Shown piece by piece: positions 37,201-45,276 of a DNA stretch of 45,276 nt (within the stretch, counting starts at the first letter, position 1; every line of letters begins with the position of its first letter). The notes beneath the pieces were generated by a model that did no database searches, had not been told where the DNA came from, and saw only the letters and a list, made by a program, of their open reading frames with translations. Source of the stretch: Paraphysomonas bandaiensis. Lineage: Eukaryota > Protista > Chrysophyceae. The position numbers were made by a program, and so were the translations under genes. The stretch covers positions 1-45,276 of the forward strand of contig CBFFRP010000018.1 of NCBI GenBank assembly GCA_965644295.1, written 5' to 3'.

Positions 37201-39184
37201 TAGCGGCAATGGATGGGATACAACTACTCGCTCAGGAACAAGATAAGGCTCCATAATACCATGGCCAGATGCATACGGTACGCCCCACCCATAAAGCTCC
37301 CCCGACTCCGTAACCGCAGCAGAGTGTGACCCTATTGCTGAAGACCCCGCCGCTATGTGAACAACCCTGTGGTGCATTCCGCTGCCAGACAACTGAGTTT
37401 CAGCACCGTTCGCATTTTCCGGCCTCTGTGAATTTTCTGCATTGCTTGCAGAATCCTTTTCTGGCCACATCACCAACGTCAACGTTGTACGGTTGATGGC
37501 GTCTCCCAACCCCAGGGCTCCTTCCGTGTTATCTCCACAACTGTATACTGAACCATTGAAAGTCAGCAATAGCATGTGTCGATGACTGCAGGCGACCATT
37601 AACACCCTTTCCAGATTTATCGACGGTGGAATTGTGATAGATGCCGGGTTAAAACACACATAATTCGCCCCACTGTCATCATCTGTAGATTCTGTAAGTA
37701 GCTGCTTTTGCTTGGCGGTATCGCGAGCTTTATCAAATAATAGAGCAGAGTTTCTACCCCAGCCATATAGCTCGGCAAAGGGTGAAGGATTACACGTATG
37801 CACTTGGGGTACCCCTATGTCTTTTACAGGTCTTGGCGAAGCGACACTTCCAGCGAAAGAAGTCTTTTCACGAGGAGTACGCTGGCGAGGAGTTGCAGGG
37901 CCGTACACATGTGCGTCGTCAGCTTCTTGATCATCTAGTCGAGCAAAGTCGACGTCAAGTGCCTCGTCTGCATCCGTATCTACAGACACATCAAGTTCAC
38001 TCTCAGCTGACATCTTTGCGCCTGGGCGTTCAACTGAAGGATTCCTAAGTAGCATCCCGACACAAATATCTGCCCGTCCAGGAGCTTTAGGAGGAGGTGG
38101 GACAGCTCCTGGAGCTCTCTTCTTCGTCGTATTGATCGCTTTCACGTTATCTGCCTCTTCACCCGTAGATGAGTCAGCAAATCCCGCCAGATCCAGCTCC
38201 TCAACTACCTCTGGGTTAAGAATATAGCGGTGATAGAAGCAAAGGCATGTGTGCTTCTCATAGGCCTTATCGATATCGCGTGCTGCGCCTGTGGTACTAT
38301 GAGGTGTCGCTATATAGTGAGAGAACGGCTTCACCTGTATCATCACTTGTTGACTCAATTGCAGGGCAAAGACGAACCCAGAAACACATCGTTAAATCGC
38401 TCTTTAAACCTGAGCAATGCATTGAAAACGAAAACAGTGTTAGTATAAATGGCACAAAAAAAAAAGTCGCACCGATATACAAATGGGGAGAATAAAAATT
38501 CATGTTCTCATATACAGTCGCTTTCAGAGACGGAAACTTGGATATCAGCGTGTTATAACACGTTGTTTTCGCATTCTCTACTTCCCAAGCAGCGATGCGA
38601 ACCATGTACTCTGCGTAAGACTTTGCGGTGGCCATGCTGAGAGATGTATCGCAGGCTCTTATTGCCCGGAAAGCTACTGCCAATATATCATCGAATGCAT
38701 TCTCTGCAACCACATCACTATACATATTAAGAATCATACATCACATACCCGGAGCACTGTCGCCGTTATAAACATGTGAATATTCTAAGGAGAAGTTGTA
38801 TCCCTCCAATGAATAAACTGCTATGTTCAATTTTCCGGTCATAACTTTCACACGAACGTCCTCCAGTGAGGGGCGAGGTAAAGAACTATCAGGTAATACA
38901 GCACTATCAAAAGTAAGGAAGAGTTTAGGGATCTTATAAGCAGAGATCATTCTATGATTGAATACATTCTCATGAAGTTGTACAAGTGAAGTTATATCTA
39001 TTGAATTATCTAATGAATTATATTGAAAGGATGGTAAATGTGCTTCATGTGGTGATATCCATGGAGCATTAGTGCTATTGTTATCTATAGATGAAGATGT
39101 TCCAACTGCTCTCTTAAGTAATGCAGTAACTTCAGCTCTATTCTTAATGATATCTGATAGATCAACACTTTTTGTTTGCATCAT
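34252..39184 (-). CDS. Large RCC1-repeat and tandem BTB/POZ protein with C-terminal transmembrane hairpin; multi-exon, apparent frameshifts near 38360-38500
   Basis: RCC1 repeats (VACSHRHMLLLTFNGSVYSCGDNTEGALGLG; VSCGGGFTVALLASGHVASWG; ISCGESHALCLCTDGKVYAWGQNSCGQLGIG); BTB motifs ADCMLIAAGKILLAHR..VASRC and YADVRFIAEGRSISAHR..LEARCEYFRMMFNSGMSES. Linkage of the 5' exons (38300-39184) is inferred. Confidence 0.8.
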
Positions 39185-39464
39185 AGATATATTAATTATT
39201 TGTAATATCTATGTGTTTCTTTATTAGTCATTGTGTTAAGAGGATATGTACTACTATGCTCAGGGTGGCCTGTAACTTACTTGCACTCTATACTGTTGTG
39301 TACTCCAGTGTACCAGTACCAGAAGTACACTTACAGCAGTACTGCTATGTACTTCGTATGCGGGAGGATATAGGACGTATATAATGCTATATGTATGTAC
39401 AGCAGTACCTTATTTCTATACCTTATTTACGTTGAAACTAGACTACGGTATATACGTAGAGAAG

Positions 39465-39535
39465 TACATACATACATACATACATACATACATACATACA
39501 TACATACATACATACATACATACATACATACATAC
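39465..39535. repeat. (TACA)~17 microsatellite in a divergent spacer
   Basis: Perfect tetranucleotide run; same motif as at 29911, opposite orientation. Confidence 0.98.
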
Positions 39536-39934
39536 TGTGTGTACATACACAGTACATATATTTAAATAGTCACACTTTCGGAACTATAAAATCATAGTTT
39601 TCGAGAAAAAGCCTCCTTTTGGACGTATGGTGTCCAGATATCCAGATATATACTGTAGAATGCATGATTCTAAAGTGGTGTTTGTTGTAGTTTGAATGTC
39701 TGTATCATTATTTCTATGGGATGATATGATCATCTATATTATATTCGCAGACTATGATACATATTCTCTTATATGCTATGTATAGAGATAGTCATCGCTA
39801 GAGAGATTAGACTAGACGAAGTGGTTCATTTGTTAGTAAGCATTCCATTGAATCATATGTGATTATACAGCCAATAGCATACATAACAGCCTATATAGTA
39901 ACATATATATCTACCATTACAACAACATATTGAT

Positions 39935-42900
39935 ATGAATCCCTCTGATTCGAACACCTATTCAGATCCATTAACACTATCTGACCCGCCTCATAAGAGT
40001 CAGGGGCGTCTCAACACAGTGATCAGAAGTGTTGCGTCCAGCAGTGGAGATGATCGTTTGGTTGGTATCGCTGAAGGTGGATCGGAGGGGCAGAGCATAG
40101 GGGAAGAAATCAACAGGCTTACACAACAGGTGCATGAGCGTGGATTGGAGAGCAGAATTGTCAAGGATTCTGGTCTTAGCATGAGCCAGGAACTCCAAAT
40201 GCTCAAGGAAATTCTCAACGATTCCGATGGGAATTGTATCACCAAAGGTTAGTATTGGTCTTTATGCGGAGTTTATTCACAACTAGCATAGTAGTACATA
40301 ATGAATATTTGAGTATACATTTTTCATTACTGATATCACTTGCAGAGGCACCTGCAAATGGGGGGAGAGTAGACCTCTCCAATCCAACAGAAACCTCTCC
40401 TTGTCCTGAACCCTATGCATCGGAGATTGCAACGTTGAAAGCCCAGAATGTGGAACTTTTATCATTTATTGCTGATCAGAGTAAAGAAATTGAAGAACTA
40501 CGCACGACTAATAATGATAGCTCTGAAATAATCTCTATGCAGTCGCAGTTAGTACAGGAGAAAGAAGGGTTGTTGAAAAAGCTAGAGAATTCCAACGCTG
40601 CCCTGACGCAGAGCGTTCAGAATGCTAAAATTACGTCTGAGCTAAAAGACCGCAACTATGCACGTCTTGCTGAAGAAGCAGAGTTGTTGCGAGCCAATGC
40701 AGAAAGGGGCACTGGAAGTGTCAAGGATGACACACACAGAGAAGTTGTCAGGGAGCTTCAGAAGCAGGTGGACTACCTCCAAGGCGAAAGAGCTGCTCTT
40801 GTGGTGTCCTTATCATCTCAAATGGGCACCAACGAAGGTAAGGAAAGGATTGAACTTATAGCTGAGGTCAAAGAGCAGGCGGAGATAATCCAGCTTCAGG
40901 CTGATGTAATACGGGACAGAGAAAAAAACATTTCTAACCTTGTTGCGGAGAAGGAGGAGATGCAACAGAGGCTACAGGCCATACAACCTAGAGAAATTGT
41001 ACAAGAATTAGAGGCTTTGAAAATAAAGTTTCAGGATGAAGTCTCTAGGCACTCCAGCACCGTCGCTGAGAAGGATCGCCACATTGCCTCTCTTGAATCA
41101 ATGAAGGTATCTGATGACGATAAACTAAAGGAACTGTCGAAGTCTTATGAGGCGGCTGCAGCTGAGCTGAAAGTGTGCAAAGAGGAACTCGCAGATGGTA
41201 CTAAATCCTTCGATGAAAAGGAAAATCTGATTCTGCACCTAAAGGACGAAGTGGATACCATGAGACTTGAAATGATTGCCCTTGAAGAGTCCTCGGGTGT
41301 GCTCTGTGGGGAGCTGGAGAGATTGCAGAAAGCGAACAGCGATGTGATGAGGAACCACATATCTGTGCTTACAGAAAAGGATGCTCGCATAAAAGCCTTG
41401 GAAGACGAGAGAGCTACTGCGATGCAACGAGTATGTGATTCATGCGAGGCTACAAAAAACGCTTTGGGAGTCTCTGAAGCCACTGTAGCAGGCCTATCCA
41501 TCACCGTTAGAGAGAGGGATTCTCGAATACAAGCGCTCGAAACGGAGTTACATAATGCAAACAGAAAAATCGAAAAACTATCTAAACCTCCTGACAGTGT
41601 GGAAGTTGTAGCGATGCAATCCAAACCAGAAAATGACATGGTAGTTTCCACGTTGAAAATGGAGTTGAAGTGCAAGGAAGGACAACTGAAAGCGATGGAG
41701 AATGAGAGAAGTGAGGCCAACTTAAGGATTAAACAGCTGAGTGAGGCCAACGAGAATAAAAATGTTGGCTTAGCTGAGTTGAAAAAAGAATTCGTGGAAG
41801 CTGTCAGTAGACACCAGAGTGCCCTGAGAGAGAAAGGTGACTATATCAAATCGCTTGAGCTTGAGCGAGATGCGGCCGTAGTAAGAGCCCGAATGCTCAC
41901 CGACTCCACTGAACCATATGCTGCGCTTGTACCAGGGAGTGATAGCTTCACCCAACCGTCTGCGAATGATAAGGAGGGATTCATAAAAACGCTCAGCACA
42001 CTTTCCCAGTCAGTTGCCACATTGACGGCGGAGTGTGATCAACTGCGGGTGGATCTGTCTTTAGCTGCTACGCACGAGGAGCGGGTGCTGGAACTGGAGC
42101 AGCTGGTCGAGGACCTCAGAAACAAAAATGCCATTTCGTTGAGAAACATAGAAGAGATGACTGCTGACAAAGAGTATCTTGATAAAAGGCTTGTAACAGC
42201 CCTTGAAAACTGTCGAGATCAGGAGGAAATTATCGATGAGCAAAATAAATTTTTGAGTGATGCGGCCGTTTCTTTCGACAAAGCGGAGTCCGAAATATCG
42301 AGTTTGAATGATAAGCTTCTGGCGTCGCAGGAGGAGATAAAACGCCTTGGCCAAAGTGTTGAACGCGCTGCTAGCGATGCTTCAATGGCAGAACTTAAAC
42401 TGCGTGTAGTAGAATCAGAGCTGAGTCAGTTGAAACTGGACTATACTTCTTTATCTGAGCAGCTTGTGGCAGTAACACTAGAACGGGATGTAGCCCTTTC
42501 CAAGGTAAAGAGACTGGAGTTCAATGAGACACGCTCTACAAGCAATACAGAAGACACCATTCAACGGAAAGATGTGGTGCCTAGAACCTTATTTATTCAG
42601 TTGCAGCGAGATAATTATGCATTGATCAAAAAGCTCTTAAGTGAAGTTACCTTACGCAAGGCGTTGCAAGATATTCTGCGTAGTACGTGTGAGACGAAGG
42701 AACTGGTATCTAGAAAAGTTAATGAGAGCGACTTCAAGCCGGCGTCAGATGTAGACTATTTATGGCTAAAAATGAATTCATCCCCTGCATTTTGTGGTCA
42801 TGATCTTCTTTGCGCCGTCAACAGGCGAAGTAGTATCAGCAGTTGTCATACCATTTCCACCGCATCTATCACCAATCGGGATATTCGAATAGATTTTGGC

Positions 42901-44475
42901 GAAAGCGTCTCACTCGCACAAAGAGAAGAGTACTTAGCTCACCCTATTCGGCGACTACGCGTTGGCTGGACCGTTGATAGGGTATGTGCATCACGAAGTT
43001 TTCTTTACTTGCTTATGACCATTGTATTGTTCAGTTATTAAATGTAGAAGACAGCTCTGAAGCGATTGTACGGGTGGATACAGATAGAAAAAAAATTATG
43101 TGCATCACTATCGGGTAATGTAGTATTACAACATCCTTTTATGTTGTTTTACTATTCCTTTAGCACTGCAATAGAAGATTATTCGTTTTCGCTTTGCACT
43201 GTTGATAGAATAACCAAGGTGATTATCTACGATCTGTATGGTAGTGAGTTTACAAGCTGTTTGACAGAATGAAGAGGGCCTTGCTGCCCTGGGATACGTT
43301 GTTCAGGTCGCATCGACCATTGTAGCAATGAGGTTGAAGACTGGAGAAACACTGGTACCTTGTGGTAGTGTGTGTGTTTATGTGATATTTTTTTGTAGGC
43401 TCTGAAGTTTATGGTATCTGAAGAACGAGATTTATTTTACGATAGCATTCTCTGTATTCTCTGCAAGCTGGAGCCTACTTTTATAGATTCTCTTCCAACA
43501 GTTGTTTCCACCATTGATTTGAATACTTCCAGATTTTTAAAGAATCATATCATTCAAAATCCTAATGGGGAAATGGAGGTGGTGTCGTTCAATCGCCGTA
43601 ATTTGCTTCGAGCACAGAGTTCTATTGCTGCACTTCAGTCTGCCGGTTGTCTATCTCGTACAGAGACAAGTATGATGGATGTTTTAGGGTTGGAGGAAGA
43701 AGTGTCCCGCACAACGAGTGCACAACCTCCTTGTGATGACATCAGTATTTCCGCCAAGGCCCCAAGGAATTTAGATGCCGACGATAACAATATTTCGACG
43801 AATCAGAAACTTGAGCAGTTACCGCCTGAAGCCCCCTGCGACCATCCATCTGCAACGAAAGAGGACGGTGATTCTATTAAGTCGCAAGGGGTTATTGGAG
43901 GTGGTACTAATATCTTTGTCGGCAACGACAAGAACTTAGCAGAAGATCAGGTCGTTGACATGGACAAGTTATACAGCTGTAAAGATAGGACAGAGAAACC
44001 GAATTATTTCTCGATAGCGAGAAAGGGTATACATAGGAATTCTTTCAGCCACGAGAACCCTATACAGGAACGCAAAAATGGAGACAATCCTATTTCCCCA
44101 AGGTCAGACAGGCTGTCCCAGCGACAGTCTATATCTACGGTGGAGTGTCTTTCACAGGAAGAAAAGAGTTCTCAACAGCATCCACAGCGTCGGCCAAGTG
44201 TGGGACTAGAAAATGTGAACAGATTTGCCAGTGTGTACAGGGGGCGCAGACGTTCTGAAACGTACAGTGACATCTTACGTCGCAGTGGGTCGAATTGCTC
44301 GATGGATAAGAGACCGCACTCGTCGCAGTACTTTCTCAAAATAGACTTGGACACCCCAGAGAAGAATAGTGTGTCAAGGCGCCGTGGGAGCGCGTCTTCC
44401 ACTTTGGCACAACAAACCTTAGATTTTAAACATAGGAAACAACTTGGTCACAGATCACAGTCTGCGAATAGTTAG
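39935..44475 (+). CDS. Long coiled-coil protein with small C-terminal globular (possibly PH-like) domain and disordered tail; multi-exon
   Basis: About 750 aa of heptad-rich E/K/L sequence; intron 40248-40345 and four short introns between 42982 and 43398 give a continuous frame into the 43411-44475 ORF. Confidence 0.75.
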
Positions 44476-44696
44476 TTGCGAATTTTGTTGAATTTGTTGT
44501 CTTTAGTGTCGTGCGACTGTGTGTATCACTCCCATTGCAAGTTGTTTGCGCTATCGCTTCTAGCTTGTGTAGGTATGTAAGAGTAGTCATTTGTGATTAC
44601 TCTGTTTAATATGGTGTAAAATATAGTTTCCTTTTATAGTTGAACTTAGTCATTAACTAAGATCGAATTACTTGGTTGTATTGCCCAAGCCCTAAC

Positions 44697-45052
44697 CACC
44701 GCAAGCACCAAGGTGCGACCACTTCCGCTCTGAGTTCTTAAGCATCCCGGATGCTTGACTTCAGCAGGCAGCCCAATACCCCGGTTACCCTTCAGGTGGG
44801 CCCTGTCCCGGATGCCCTTGAGGTGGGCCCATTCCCGGATGCCTGTTTATTCGTCAGGGCCCAAAGACGTCTACAGAAGTGACACTAATTGGTGTCCCTT
44901 GTACCACACAAGCATTTCGCTATCCGTGGGCAGAAGAATATCTGCTGACTGCTGACTATGTTTGCGGCTCACGTTAGTTTCCAAGAGGGAATCTCTCCGG
45001 TACTTATCCCCCAGAACATCACGAAAAGGTGCGTGTCCGACTTTGTTGAGGG
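44697..45052. repeat. Dispersed repeat, copy 2 (probable TE relic)
   Basis: Same-orientation homolog of 32854-33255, with an extra ~27-bp internal tandem unit (CCGG....CCTT.AGGTGGGCCC) and a CTGCTGA duplication. Confidence 0.9.
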
Positions 45053-45276
45053 TAGAAGGTAGAAGACTACAAGTTATTAGAATATGGACTGTATCCTAGT
45101 ATATTCAATGTGGTACTTGAAGACAATGTACGAGAATACAGTGAAGTATGGTGATGTGTAGATGCTGTTATGATATTGAGAAAACTGAAATAGTTTGCTC
45201 TTTCAAGATATGTTTAGTAGCGAAAGGTCTACAGAAGTAGTGATTTATGCATGGCACAAAACGAGCTTATGCATGG

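Noticed and set aside
1150-42354. Numerous antisense or alternate-frame ORFs overlapping real genes (e.g. 41145-41750, 35245-35763, 3259-3723)
   Set aside because: Shadow ORFs of well-supported coding exons with no recognisable motifs.
44840-44930. Minus-strand CTGACGA in the dispersed repeat suggesting a hammerhead ribozyme
   Set aside because: No correctly placed GAAA and stem II/III, and nearby hairpins are not conserved in copy 1.

Overview
Gene-dense eukaryotic genomic DNA with short (mostly 45-60 nt) GT-AG introns; the gene set and style suggest a protist, probably a stramenopile (inference). About 16 protein-coding genes can be reconstructed: a CBP/p300-like acetyltransferase with two bromodomains, a UT-family urea transporter, an Nnf1-like coiled-coil protein, an inverted pair of B12D/NDUFA4-like genes, a multi-pass membrane protein, serine palmitoyltransferase LCB2, ATG9, a small NUUM-like complex I subunit, a TCD1/TcdA-like enzyme, an orphan gene, a TMEM185-RING protein, ETHE1, sulfite oxidase, a large RCC1-BTB protein and a long coiled-coil protein. 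Non-coding features are a Tourist-like MITE end, two (TATG)n microsatellites and two copies of a dispersed repeat. Main highlights: (1) ETHE1 and sulfite oxidase, consecutive enzymes of sulfide oxidation, lie head-to-head around a 509-bp spacer containing a (GTAT)39 tract; (2) the B12D pair is near-identical over promoter, exon 1 and intron but diverged in the main coding exon; (3) a second bromodomain sits where p300 has its HAT autoinhibitory loop. A few frameshifts at homopolymers look like long-read assembly errors. All family calls are by-eye motif recognition, not database searches.
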